From positions 3,844,480 through 3,908,479 of the forward strand of contig OZ316898.1 of NCBI GenBank assembly GCA_973895155.1: a stretch of DNA of 64,000 nt. Direction: 5' to 3'. Source of the stretch: Marsupella aquatica (Eukaryota > Plantae > Marchantiophyta). The position numbers and the translations under genes are program-made. Numbering within the stretch: position 1 is the first letter of the stretch; every line of letters begins with the position of its first letter. The notes below the pieces were generated by a model. That model was not told the origin of the DNA and ran no database searches. It saw only the letters and a list, made by a program, of their open reading frames with translations. Shown here one piece after another: positions 48,780 through 62,416 of the stretch.

Positions 48780-50211
48780 ACTCTAGTGATTGGGGAAGGG
48801 CTGGTTGATAGTTTGAACTATATAAAAAGTGAAAGATATAAACTTACTTAGGGTTTTCCTCTAAATCCAGTTGTAAAACTTGAGCCCCTTTGAAAAAGTT
48901 TAGTCCAAAATTTGTCACTTTTTTCTCTTCTACGGTCCCCTTTCTTTCTTAAAAGAAAAGAGAATCTGTTGCTAGCCATGAAGAGTGATGAGAAGCCTTA
49001 CAGCTGATGATAATATTCAACAACATAAGAAATGTATTATTAAGCCAAGTAGCCCAAAGCATGTGTGTTGCTTTTGTTTCACCCCTGTTGTTGTTGGTGT
49101 GATAATATGCATGCATGGCACACAAATGTTGAGATGTTAAATAATTGCAAGTGAGGCAAGGAAATATTATCTTAAAACTGTGTAATCTGTGCAGTCATGT
49201 TTGTGGGTGTTAAAGTCTTGAAGCTTTGGTTAGGTGATTGTTCTTGCAAAAATGTTATCATTTTGGTCTGTGTTGTTGTACTAAAAGTGCTCTTGTTTGG
49301 GAGGGCAAGGGTGAGAGCATGCAAAATGTGTGACAACAAGCCCACATCATGGAGCCTAAGAACAATTGTGCAACAGGAGGGGGAATTGTTCATATTTTCT
49401 CATCTGTTTTAGTTTTTATGTCTTCTAAATCTACTTTGTACTTGATATAATTTTTCATGGGGGAATGTCCAGGCTTGGCAGGAAGAGGGGTGCATGGGTG
49501 GATCTGAGGGAGTAATAAGAATTATTTTTTATGAATGGCTAGGATTTGTTCTCGCCTTTTTTTCTTTATGTAAGCAAAAAACCCCACATTGTTGGTTGGA
49601 TTGTTTAATGTAATATTTGATCTTGAAACAGTTTTTTCAAAGAGTATTACATCATCCAAAATCATCTTCTACAAGGCAGTTATTCGATTGGAACTGGGCC
49701 CACTCAAATGAGTGAATTAAGGCGAGAGATAACGGTGTGTGTGTTGTCAGAAGAAGCCCCATCAGATTGCAAACTGGCAAGGGGGGAAAGTCTGGTATGG
49801 CATCAGGTGTAGCACTGGTATGAGGTAGGATTCCTGATGCGTGTCTTGTCGAGGAAGAATCATCAACGTGGAGACTGTAAGGTGGCAAGGTCTAGTATGA
49901 CATCAGGTGTACCCTCTCCTTTGAGGTAAGATTTCACCCACTACTACTTGGCTGGAAACAAACAGGGCTCTGTTTTTTGACTAAACATAACAAAACACAC
50001 ACAACTTCTTGTGGCTCCCCTTCCCCTTATGTTATCTGAGTGAACAACCCCCATGAAGCTATGACTTGTGGATTTGATCGCACAATAACCTACCTGTAAC
50101 CACACATGATCTATCTGACCCAGTACGCTTAATTTCACATGAAGGAAAACCAAGAAGTCAACATTGTCCACCAACGGTAGTATCAATGCTACATTTTGCC
50201 TGTTTCAGATT

Positions 50212-50214
<3 letters not shown>

Positions 50215-50258
<44 letters not shown>
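50215..50258. repeat. (AG)22 microsatellite
   Basis: Perfect dinucleotide run. Confidence 0.95.
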
Positions 50259-50262
<4 letters not shown>

Positions 50263-51317
50263 AATAGATGACCCTGATTCACAACATTTGGGTTTCACTC
50301 TGTTAAACTACAGGTGCCCATATAAAAGGGCCCCCTTCGCTGCCCAGCTACTGTTCATTTATGCTGTGGTGAATAGTGCACCTAACCAATACACCTTACT
50401 TGATAAGGTGGAGCTGACCAGTTTTGCTATCCACTCATGTATACTGAGTGTGTGCTTTGTCTGATGAGAGCTACGTGGTTTAATGAAACGAGCACTCCAA
50501 GTCCAGTAACCTTAGGCATTGATACAAAACATGTTGCAGACTTAAATGATTCAACCTGCCTTCATACAGTGGCCCCCGGGTGTCTTGTGATCTGTAAAAG
50601 CATAATTTGGGAGGACTTTCGTTCATTGAAGTCATTACTTGTGAACTCGTCGATCGAAGTTCGTTTCGGACGTTGGCAATGTTGTGGGAGACCTCGTAAA
50701 GTCTCCTTTAATAGAGGCACAAACAGAGCTCACCCTGATGGATCTGAACGTCATATGAAGATTTGATCACGTTCCTCAAGCATGAATGACTGTATGACTT
50801 AGTTTCCAGGGTGCAAGAATCATTGAACATTCAAATAGCAGTTTAAATATACAACACATTTGTGACCAGCCTTGTAACAATTTGAATGACTAGCTTCATT
50901 CAAATCTCTGCCAAAGCAAATCTAAACAACCCTGTCATTAACCTAGAGCTGATAGCTCTCGCAGCTAGAATGAATGAAAGAAACGACACCCAATTCACCT
51001 GCACCTTTGTGAATGAGAAATCTTTAACTGCAACAACGGAGAAGTCATCCTTCAGAGGCTGTGAACCACTCAGTTCCCAGTGTAACTTTACCTTAAAGAG
51101 GGGGTGGACGGCTTTCGTGATTAGCGTCATCATATCAGCTGCGGACAGTAGAAATCAGATGAAGAGGTCAACGTCTATTTCAGCTGCCGTGTGCAGGTAT
51201 ATGATACCCTTTCAGCATCCAGGTCTCACCCCATTGTAGACTAATTGTATACAACAACCACGCGTGCAACTACTGGTCCAGTGCGTGACTTGTGGTGAAA
51301 TTTCAAATGTCGGCTCA

Positions 51318-54300
51318 CTAAAGTTCATCACGATAATTTTCAGTATCAGCTGACTTTGGAACCTCTAATCTACTCACTGCTGGCTCACTAGTGATCTCTC
51401 TGGCCTGTAGAGCATCCACTTTCTGGGGAGCTGATTGAACCTCGCTCTCAGACTCCGAAGTGGTCTGCCCCGGGTCACTGGCACTGTCATCGGATCCCAC
51501 TGCTGCTGTGTCTTCAGTATTGCTTGGGGTCTGCAACTCCCCATCAGCTGGAGAGGACATGCTATCCGTATCCGGCACCTTAGTGTCAGCGTTGGTGTCC
51601 TTCTTCTCAGAGAATTGAAGACCTAGGTGATGTTCTTCCACAAACTTCACAAGCTTCTTGAAAGTTGGCTTTGATGGAGCCTCAATCTGTTACAAAGATA
51701 AGCATGCCGTCATACACTCGAGAAAACCACAAATTCATTCACTTCACTTCCTTTTGCGTTCAGCCAACCAATATCTCAAGACGCCCTGAAACTGTCGAGT
51801 AACATTGCAAAGCTACATAAATAACAAATACCTGCCAATAAAGTGCCTTACCGGAGGGCTGTCTTTGCTGCCGGCACGATAAAGAAGAATAGCAGGATAG
51901 TTTTGAACCTGTCAGCGGTGAATAGAAACCATTAGCAGCCAGAGAAACTCTCAAGATGAAAAGGTGAATAGTAAGGAAGACGACTCTTGGGGCTCTCACA
52001 TCGTAACTTCACTTCCTAAAATTGCTAACCTTCAGCTCGGGATGGTCGTTCAGTGAGGCATCCACTTTGGCGAAGACAATCGACGTTAGTTCCTTGTAAT
52101 GTTTTGCAAGCTTTGTGAACGACTTGGCTACCGATTCGCAGTTATAGCAGTAGGACGTGGAGACCTGGTGATCAGAGATTCAAGCAAGGAAAACGTTATA
52201 CTTACTGATCAGATGTTCTTGCTTATTGAATAGGAATCAAAAGCCAGAAGATCTAGCAGTGTTCCAAGAAGTTATAGGGCAAAATCATAATCCAAACCTA
52301 CTCGATGAATGTAGGCAATTGCAAGAACCAGTAACTTGGGGAAAAGGGGAAATCATACAAGCAGTAGAACGTCCTTGGGATTCTTGAGGACCAATTTTTC
52401 GAAGGTCTTTCCAACGACCACTTTCACATCCCCTTTATTCTGTCACAGTGTCCCCACGACTGTCAGGTTTGAAACAGGCATGTAAAATCATTAGAAGTTC
52501 TGTAATGAACATTGTGGAACTATACTATCATACCACCTCCATGCAAAATCAAAAAGTAACAATGACCACAATTTGCTTAGAAGAAGCCACATAGCCTGCT
52601 GAACTGAGAATCGATGATAATCCTAAGATGTGTAGATGACAGGTAGCATTTACTGAGAACACCATACCCTAACGTGCCAAGTTCAAAAAGCTCTACTTAA
52701 CTACTGTCTAGCCTCAGCAAACAGTAAACATGAGCGTGCTAGCCAAGATTCAATAGGTCCCATGCTTTTTGTGCTTGATCATGCGACTTTCTATTGGAAA
52801 TTCAGAAAGCTTGACTAACCTTCTTGGGAATGGGTTCAGACTTGTAGTGAACCTTCAATCTTCCCTCCTTATAGTTAATGACAAATCCCTGAAAGCGAAA
52901 CATTATAACCCGTGTTACTGCTTCGATCCATCAACCAGTTTTCATATGCGTTTGTAGCCCCTGCCTACAAGTCAAGCGTCTCAGTTTATTGAACACCTTG
53001 GAAGTCTCCACACGCCTTGGTAGTCTTCCCCACGAAGACATAGCAGAACAAGGAATCACTGTGAGGAAATTCCACATTGCATCGGTAGAACGGATCCAAG
53101 GTCAAAATTTCTCTTTTTGTCTGTTTCCAAAGCGCATCGGTTAGTTTTCTGATACAGAAATGCAGACAGAGGACGAAGCATTTCACCTTGAGACTTTGCT
53201 TAGTTACTTCAGCATCCAGAAAGTACTTGGACCCATTGGAGTTGTCAAATCCAGCCACCTAGATTCATTGTCCAAGTTTGCCAATAAGTATGCCCATCAA
53301 AACATAAACAACAACAAACGCTGGGAAGAAAAGACAGGAGTTGCTGATTTACATTAAAGAGTGGAGAAATCTAACGAACCTGTCTACAAACCGTTGAAAA
53401 ATAAGCAATAAGCTTAATTTAACGTAATGCAGCTTGACAAAGGTGCAAAATTGCTGAAGCTGTCGAAAAATCGTCAAGACTGGTGTAGATTAGACTTACT
53501 CTTGGGTCACTCCCCGTGATGCCATACATGGTTGACATGGGTTTAGCGAATTCCTCGTCTTCAATGTCCACCCACACAAAAAACAACTGCTCCAGACAGC
53601 AAGATCTAAGTCAGAATTTTAAAACAATTCAGCAATGCACGTGCAACCACAACGGTTTCGAATCGTGATCCAAATGGTTGCTAAATTGCCTATCAAAGGG
53701 TCACAACAGCATACAACAGAGCTTCAGCCTGCTTCAGTTGCATAGCTTCAAAACATAACTGGGAAAACAAAGGAATTGTGCAAAATGTGCGACACTTCAG
53801 TCGTGAGACCACTAACCTCGCCTTTGAAATATTTTGCGGCAGCCAGATAGAAGGAATATATGCTATCATAGTCGTAACTGTTCGCAAAGAGGACCACCTG
53901 TCCAGGTAAACGCAACCAATTGCAATCCTACGTTAAGCATGCTTCATACGATGAATGGGCTGGCCATATGCCCATAAATTGATTTGTGATGCTGAGAAAT
54001 GTCGGAGGTATCACTTCTCACTTAGTTCAAATTCTGTCGATAGGTGACCGTTGGGGAGTACTTTTAGACAACCAATGAAAAATGAGCTCTAGCAGGTACT
54101 CAACTTCACAAGCCGCAGCTAATCCTTCCACGAACGAGCAAGATGACAAATTCGAAACACTAATTAAGGCAACAAAGTAGTTGCAAAAATGCATTGAAGC
54201 GAAACTTATCAAGACCAGGGATACCTGCTTATTCACCGGGCTTTTATAAACCTTTTGAGCATTTCGCGAATGCAATTTTGTAACCAGAGCAAACTTGTTC

Positions 54301-56422
54301 AAACTAATAAATGGTACAATTTCTTCATGCTTCAGCTCGCCTCCTGTAACAGGTCAAGTTTCGGGTTGAAAAAAAGCTTGGCCAGCAATTGAATTTTACC
54401 GTCAAGTGATAATTGAATACCTGGGTTTATCTACTACGAGTTAAACAACTGGCTCCACTGACATAGGCATCATGCGCAGATCTGCATCCGCTTCAACTCA
54501 TATTAGAAAGAAAATGAGTGGAACCGGGCAAGAGCCTCACCAAATTTCACAAATTTCTCAGGCGCGCTTTTCCAAACTGCAATTGCCGGAGCCGTCTCAT
54601 CAAAATCCACACTGAAGACTTTTGCTGCGTCAGCATTTGTTGTTTGCAAAAACTCAACATCTACTACTTCTTTTGATGCTGAGATGAATTCGTCATAAGC
54701 AGGGCCCTGTAAAACAGATAGTATTTACTAGTCACCCTTTGAAGGACAAAGGCCTTGGCTTCAGGCAATTCAAGAATACTTAATTTCACAGCCATGGAAA
54801 CGGCAATCAGAATGAACCGACAATACGCTGTGAATGCTGCGCATGCAAAGCTTCCAATAATTCAAGTAGACCCCAGAATATTACGCGGAATTCTTACAGA
54901 TATAATTTTGAGCGGTGAAGTATCCCGTAAATATGTGGATAGTGATCCATACCTTGAATTTCTCAAACAGCCCAATGACCACTGTAGCATCCCTACTTTG
55001 CAGTTCTCGAGCTTCAGCCTTGGTCATGAATGTTGTTGCTGGACGACCAGTCTTCTTTAGAACCCAGTTGACCAAGTCATCTCTGAAGAAATACACGACC
55101 CCTCATTTAGCCCTTGATTGGTCCAATGTAACTTCCTTTGCATCTAACTGCAGCAAGAAAGTATTGCCTGAACTCACACAATATTACTTCACCCGTTCAC
55201 CTTGAAACAGGATGATATTCGTGGACATATCAACACTTCTGGGGTATCTGGCAGAAATATTCCTTCGGCGGTAGTTTCTTACATGTGAACGCGACACACG
55301 TTAATAAATTCTTTAGAGCACCTCCTTAGAATTGTGCATGTGAATGCGTATAAATCTAACCTAATGCGTATAAACCCTTCGGCAGCTGGCAGGGTCGTTC
55401 TCCTTGTTGACAATCGTTCAACGCTACACAATAAAAAGGAAAAATAAAAACAGTGACATCACTCTACTTTACGGCGACTCGCAGGAATCATGAGGCCACC
55501 TCTTCAAATGTGTGGAATCTGTCGAAGGCGCTTCTCCAAGTTACAATTAACAAAAAATACCTACTTTTCCAGTGCTCGGTATACACGGCATCTTGTTAAA
55601 TATTCTCCTATCTGGGTTGCCAATTGTTCCAAATGAATTTTTGGCCTTAGATATCAGTCGTTGGTAGAGACAAAATGCCGAATTTACTCTCATCCTCTCA
55701 TTTCCCTTTTGGTTGCTACGAATTCCCTCTCGTCGTTTCATTCTGGTGGGGCCATAAGACTTCTAAAAGCACGCGTTGAACAATGGTCTATGAGGAGGTA
55801 AAAGCAGGAAAGTGCAACAGCATATGAGTGACTCCGTTCTTGACAATTGAATGTCGTTGTCTTAAACCAGTTAAATGGTTTGAGACGAAAGGAGATGTTA
55901 CCTTGTTTGTCCACCATCATAAAATTCTGCCGATCCATTCACAAGGAAAATGATGGTGGGGTAGCCCTTGATGTTGTAGCGATTGGCAGTAACCTGGTTA
56001 GCAATTGCATCAAGCTTGGCCAAAACCACAGGACTTCCTTGCGCAGCCAGAACAGTGGCAGCTTCAGCGAAGTCAATCATGACCTTAGCACTCTGCTTGC
56101 ACCACGAAGCGTAGCCCATGAGAAGAACGTACTCCGTGGAGCTCAAAATCCTGTCCGCATTCTGATCAGTCACCTTCGGAAGTGCCTTCACCGCACGATT
56201 CGCCGATTGCGAGCTCGCGGCCGCCAAGCCTACCTCGTCATCGTCCTCAATTTCCTCCCACTCGTCATCTTCCGCATCTCCAGACTCCGTTTCGCCACCG
56301 GACACCGCCGCTGACTCTGGATCGTCATTATTCTCAGTTGCTGTTGCTGCAGCGAGCTCAGGAAGGACCAGCAACAACGCTAGCGCTACCGTGAGCCACA
56401 AGAGCACCACCCGCCGCCTCAT
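51318..56422 (-). CDS. PDIL1-5: Protein disulfide isomerase-like, PDI-B / PDIL1-5/1-6 type (~628 aa, 12 exons), ER-retained
   Basis: Exons 56422-55902, 55082-54953, 54706-54541, 54343-54225, 53897-53817, 53586-53500, 53258-53187, 52888-52820, 52439-52359, 52164-52030, 51908-51852 and 51686-51318 total 1887 nt in frame. Signal peptide, acidic N-terminal region, a-domain WCKQS...IKGYPTI, x-linker YKSEPIP, a' VKVVVGKTF...YCYNC, C-terminal RDEL. Orthology to PDIL1-5 versus PDIL1-6 is not resolved. Confidence 0.93.
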
Positions 56423-56949
56423 CTCGATCGATCAGTTCCAGAAGAGATATGACACGGAGAGGATCCAATTTGCCACACGGCAGTAGCCTCTCCTTCGCCT
56501 GTACTCGCTATCACAAGCGTTGCGAGTGAGATGTCTGCAAAAAAGCAAGAGGTTAATCACCAACAAAAACAATGTCCGATCCTTACAGCACGGGCTTGAA
56601 GAGATCTATCCCCCCTCTGCCCCTAAAACCCGTTAAGGCAGCTCCGGATCTAATCTGCTCTAATCTGCTCCATCCTCCTCTACTCTGCAACGGTGGGTGA
56701 CACAGCACAGCTCGGCGTCGGACCCAGAAATACGAAAGCAGTGCAGTGCAGTGCAATGCAATGCAATAAGACGAAGTGCACCGGAATGCAATGCAACATA
56801 AGTGACTACTGTTTCGAGAAATCGAGGCGCACGACGGACCTCACCACCAGCACGAGCACAAGACTCTCCTTGCCTAAATGTATCCGCCTTTGATCTCTCT
56901 GCCTGGAGAAATCTCAATCTCTCTCCCGTCACTGCCTCCCTTCCAAATT

Positions 56950-56952
<3 letters not shown>

Positions 56953-56995
<43 letters not shown>
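56953..56995. repeat. (TC)21 microsatellite in the probable 5'-UTR intron of the PDI gene
   Basis: Perfect run, directly after a minus-strand donor GAG|gtaaga at ~56998. Confidence 0.9.
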
Positions 56996-56998
<3 letters not shown>

Positions 56999-59900
56999 CT
57001 CAAGAGGAAACGCTCGTCTCTGTTCGCAGGATGTGAAGAAGGACCGACCCCGAGACTGTTCTGCTTCGCATATAGAAGCAGCAAAAGAGTAATGCAGGTT
57101 CGACCGCACGAGCTGACGAATCACGATCGACGCGCAGCAGGGCACACGGGACCCTCCCTGAAAGGCAGAAATCAAGGAGCCCGGGCAATGCGGATTGGAT
57201 TCCAGAGTAGAGAACAGACGAGCCGAGCTTGCGCATTTCGTGGCTGTGTTGCGTGAGGTCCGGCTGTCAATGAGAGTCAATCAAATCTTAAAACAATCAG
57301 CCGAGCCGAGCGGATTGAATCGACATGGAACGAGAAGACAAGTGCGACAGCCTGATGACTGCGCTGCACGACCGGAATGGTTTCATTACTGTAGCTCTGT
57401 GATTTTTTATTATTGTTCTTCTGTAGCAGGAATAGAATGGAATGGGTGTGAAATAAAATGGAAGAGGTATATATATATATATATCACTGACAAAACGAGA
57501 GGATGGCCAGACCCGATCGCCAAATCCGATCGCCAAACCTGTCACACTGCTAACAAGAGAGGTTAGCCAAAAAGGGAGACACTATCCCAAAGGCAAAAGA
57601 ACCCGACAAAAGTGGAAAGACCCCAAGAAACCAAAGAGGCCCAACCAATTGGAGAGTATGCCACAAAAAACAATAAAAACTAAGAAACAAACTAAAAACT
57701 ATATTGGACTGTAAATTGAAAAGCCTGGTAGAGTTCTAGAGTAACTCGCATAGGAAGGCCAGGGAAATGAATTTGTCTAGAGTCCCTAAAATCAATTATT
57801 GTGTCGGCTCTACAAAGAATAGCGAGAGCCTGGGCCGTATGAAGTGTCACCGACACCCTATGCCAAAAGAAGGCCCTGAGGACAGAAACAAGGGGAAAAC
57901 TCAATAGGTGGGTTTACCTTGTCATGATGGATGAGTGACATGTGTTGTCACCCAGGGAGGGGGTTCTCCGACACACCCTGGGTTGATCTGGTCTTTAATT
58001 TCTCAAAGTGGAGTTTGTGTCCTTGGGAAAGTGGTTGTTGTTGACCCTACTAGTGGGGCCAATGTGGTGTAGGCTGCCCATGTGCCAGGCCATGCCCATG
58101 TGAGGGCTACTCAACTTAATTAGGGGGCTTATGCTGTGCGTTACAATTAGGGGTTTTCCTACCTTTTTGCAGTGGAGGTCTTGGGGCACTACACCCGACA
58201 TTTGACCGTTTCTTATGTTCTTGCAGAGTATATTATGTTGAGTGGACACCTTACCCCTTTGTATTTATCATCACGGCCTATTTTAGACAACTGGTGTGGG
58301 TTGCGCTTCAGTGGGCACAGACATTCATTATTCTTTGTAGCTGTGAGATAGTTGGTTTTAGGGCCTTGTAAGGTTCCCTTGCTATGCAGTTAAGGCCAAA
58401 GCTCTAACTACGTACTGTAGTTCTTCAGTTTGCCAATAGGTAGGGAATACTTTTTTGTGTCCTTGGTTGTACCTTCTTGTGTTGGGCTTTTGCCCGGTTC
58501 CTTCTGGCTTTTTGGCTCTTTGGTTGCCCCTCTTGAATGTGTCTTTTGCCCATTCAAGGATAGTGTCTTCCTGTTGGGCACCTTCTTTGGCAGTTTGGAA
58601 TATAGTTTTGGGTGGGTGGGTAGGTGATCTGTCCAAATGCTTGTCCTTCAATGGAAGCATATACTTTACGACCATTAATAGAGAGTTTAAGGTTACTCAG
58701 AAAACATTTAATTTTAGACATTTAGTCTCTTGATGAGAATTGAAGCTCTTATAGTATATACATTTTTTTCTAACCTATCCCCCCAAACTGAGAAAATTAT
58801 TAATCTGTCCCCCAACTATTTTAATTTTTGGTATGGCCCCAATTCTGTATAATTATGGATTACCTTAATTTGAGGTTGTTCTTCATTTTGGTTGAATGCT
58901 GCATGCGGGCCACATGGTGAGGCATACTATTCAATTTATTCCCCCCCCCCTTTGACAGTTTGCACATCTAACAAGTTATTACTAAAGCTTGTGGCCCAGG
59001 GGCTTTCTTCAGCTCCTCCCGACTCTAAAGTGTCCTGCCTACTTTCAGCTGGAGAGGCTCTTGTGATTCCATGGTTCCTAGAGCACACAACACAACAGTT
59101 TGTACCAGGGCTGTAAAGAATAGCCAACTATCCTCTTTGAACTAAAATACTCAACAATTTGTACCTTTGTAACTAATTTGTAGACATAAATGCAGGCCAA
59201 ATTGATTTATTTGAAGGGCGGTTTCATATCGGGTGCAAAATGTCATGTCGGGATTGGTCCACATGGCAGTAATTTATTGGAACACATGTACACTACAAAG
59301 ATATTGAGACCTTAATATTTGCATAAGGTGACCATGTTTAAATAACCAAGGGAAAAGTCAAGGTTTTGGAGTGGTCAAGGACCCATCCAAACCCTCCAAA
59401 CTTAGGCTGTAGGTGGGCCGTGGCTTTATTTGCCTTGTATACTGGAAGTTTTGGTCTCCCTTTTGGTTTGAGGATTTTGGTGGGGAAAACAGTGTAATAC
59501 ATAACACTCAATTACTGTTATGAATCTTGGGAGTCAGTTAATTAAGTTAGTGTTTACTTGTCAAATGTTACACATTAATGTTCTTTCATATAGCCTATAC
59601 TTGTATACAAATTCCTTCATATAGTAGAAAGATAATCACTCAATTTTTGGTGGAGCTATATGAGGAATCCACCTTTCAGTATTTTGTCTTCTTTAGAATT
59701 TATGTTGTGTATTTTCGTTTCATGTGCCCCACCAAGGTGCAGTATTTGTATTATTTGGACCATGAATTTATTTTGGCATCCCTATTAGTGCTCTTAGTCT
59801 TTCCTAGCCTGGATCTACTCTTTCCCACTATTTTCAGCTTTCAATACTGTCCATCCAATCCTTAAATTTTCAATGAATTTCTACCATTTTGAGAGAGATT

Positions 59901-61359
59901 CTATCTCTTCGCATGAATGAGAGAAATAAATGATTCTAAACAATGTTTTAAATTCACCTCATGGTTTGACACTAATTAAGCCGATCATTTTGATTGAATT
60001 GAGTCTCATTACACTTGTGTACTTTGAGTACTTATGGTAGTGATTGATCTGTAAGTTATATGCACAACTCTACCTTATGTGAATATGTGCACAACTCTTC
60101 CGTACATTTGTACCATAGACTTGTACTTTTAGTGGTCATAAGCTTTGCATGTGCTGGACTTCTACTTGTCTATTGCATACCATTAAATCTTAAAACAAAT
60201 ACTATGCAATGGCCAAAAAGAAATGAAATCACCTAGTACACAGCTCACTAAGGGACATACAATGCATCATGTTCTAGGGACGAGCTTGATACATATGAGC
60301 GACAGCTGATCTGTATGTGCGACAATTTTAGTTGACATGTCACCCGTCCATGGATCGAATTTTAAGGAATCACATGCTTTGAATCTTTTCTTTACTCTGC
60401 TAAAATCTCAAGTTGCAATTCATATTTGTGCATTGGATTCAAACATCATGTGCCACACTGGATGACTGTCACTGTCTTTGTTGTGGAGAAGAAAAGTAGA
60501 TCTCTGCACTATTTTTCTAAACTAATTTTCTAAAGCGAATCGGTCTCGATGGTCCTCAACTTGTCATTCCTGGTCTTGTGCGTTGTACCAGTGTGCTCCT
60601 AATTCAGCTCGGACTTCGTGTACGAGGCAAACGTTGGTAATAGATTCATTCTGATGGAGGCACTAGTGAAACGAACAATCCATTGTAGCAGATGGAAGAT
60701 CACGTCATATTTTTAACCGCGTCGCTTTCGCAATCCACTTAAGAGTTCTCTTCATGGGACAAATGGGAAGACATGAAAAAAATGGTTACATCTTGAGGAA
60801 CGAGTTACTCAGTCGTGTCCTCACACTGTCTCCCAGTCTGCATCATAATTGTGAAGCAATTTATCGCACCACTTATTATTCTAAAACAAGAATGAATCCA
60901 GTTATGATTTAATCGGCCCACTTATTTTTCTAGCCCAAGAAAGATCTAGCTGTGACCCAATTTGGTCATTGCTATATAAAAATTCTATTCAAAACAACAG
61001 AATTGTGAACTGCTCTTGTCCGCCTCAATCCTTTCCTTTGCCAACTCCAAGGTTTTGTCACTGTGAACGTCGTCTTTCCTGAAAAAGTATTTGGAAGTTT
61101 CAAGAATTTAGTGTCAACATAAGCAGACTTGGCAATAGTCACCGTTGCCAGTGCACCTGCAAATCTTCTCTTGCTCCATTGCTGAGTGCGTAGATACCAG
61201 TGAAGGGAGTGAATTCCATCATTTTCCTGGACGTAGGACGGTGATTTTTCATACGTCAACACATGAGAAATACAACAAACAGCTAAAAATTGAACTACGT
61301 ACTATAGAAAATTCTTACCAGCTGAGACCGTACGTGGGCTGCTCACAACTCGTATCTTG

Positions 61360-61995
61360 CTAGTTCTTGGTCTTGGTCTCCGCATGCTTCGGCAATGCAC
61401 GTCGGGGAAATGAAAAACTCTTCGGAGGAATAGAAACTACGGGAATTTTGAAGCCCGGAATGGTAAGCTCATCGGGGTTGAACTTCGGGAGTGGGATAGT
61501 CGTTGCGGGCGTTGGAGGACTCGAGTAACCTGGGAATCGCACAGCAGGCAAAGGAGGAAGGATGGTTTCCGATTTCAAGTTGATTCCGGGCAACGCAGGA
61601 ATATGAATCGACTGAGGGGGCACAGAAGGCAAATGCAGGGACTTCAGGGGCTGCTCTGGAGGAATGGAGAATCCGGGCACCTTGATCCCCGGGATGGTGA
61701 CTTCGCTGGGAAGCGGGGGCAAGGAAAGATGAGGGAGTGATGGCAACTTTGGCAGGGAGAGCGGAGGCAAGGATAGATGAGGGAGTGATGGCAATTTTGG
61801 CAGCGAGAGCGAGGGCAAAGAATAAAGGGGGAGTGACGGCAACTTTGGGAGCGAGACATCCGGGAGAGGAGGTGCAGAGAAAGACACTTCAAACTCAAAT
61901 CCAGTGGCGGAAGAGAGCGAGGCCTGTGCGAGAACGCACAGAACCAACGCCAGCGCACTCATCAACGACCACCGCTTACTGGCAATCGCCGCCAT
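61360..61995 (-). CDS. Secreted proline/leucine-rich repeat protein (PELPK-like cell-wall PRP), 211 aa
   Basis: Hydrophobic signal peptide (LMSALALVLCVLAQASLSSA); three tandem 16-aa repeats SLPKLPSLPHLSLPPL; TIPG(I/F)K(V/I)P motifs; upstream TATAAAA. Confidence 0.85.
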   Translation of the reverse strand: MAAIASKRWSLMSALALVLCVLAQASLSSATGFEFEVSFSAPPLPDVSLPKLPSLPLYSLPSLSLPKLPSLPHLSLPPLSLPKLPSLPHLSLPPLPSEVTIPGIKVPGFSIPPEQPLKSLHLPSVPPQSIHIPALPGINLKSETILPPLPAVRFPGYSSPPTPATTIPLPKFNPDELTIPGFKIPVVSIPPKSFSFPRRALPKHAETKTKN

Positions 61996-62236
61996 GGTAA
62001 GAGATCAGCCGATTCACGTCGCGAAATCTCCCCAGATAAAGCTGCCAAAGTTACGTTTATGACGTTTCGCGATGCCAATGGCCCGTACCTCTGCTGCAAT
62101 CTTCAGGAGCCAGATTACAAATAGGGAATTTGCAGAACACAGAGGCTCTTTCCCTATCTTCGGGCAGTCGGACACTGAGCGACGCTACTGGAGGCGAGCT
62201 AGACAGAGATATTTTCACGCTGCTGTATGTGGAAGG

Positions 62237-62243
62237 TTTTATA
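62237..62243 (-). promoter_or_regulatory. Candidate TATA box (TATAAAA) of the proline-rich protein gene
   Basis: Minus strand CTATAAAACC about 240 bp upstream of the ATG. Confidence 0.5.
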
Positions 62244-62416
62244 GTCTCAGGCGGTTTGAGGGATGTAGCACGGATAAAACAGTTCGACGACTCGATGAAA
62301 TTTGGTTGTGGTAGCTTTGGTCAAGTCAAGTCACTTTGATCCCTGTCGGTAATCACACATCAATGTGTTGTGTTCACTCATTGATTTAAAGAATATACCA
62401 CATAAATGTTAATATC

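Noticed and set aside
56660-57566. 206-aa and other ORFs with RERERE/SLSLSL tracts
   Set aside because: Artefacts of the (TC)n microsatellite and the GC-rich 5' leader of the PDI gene.
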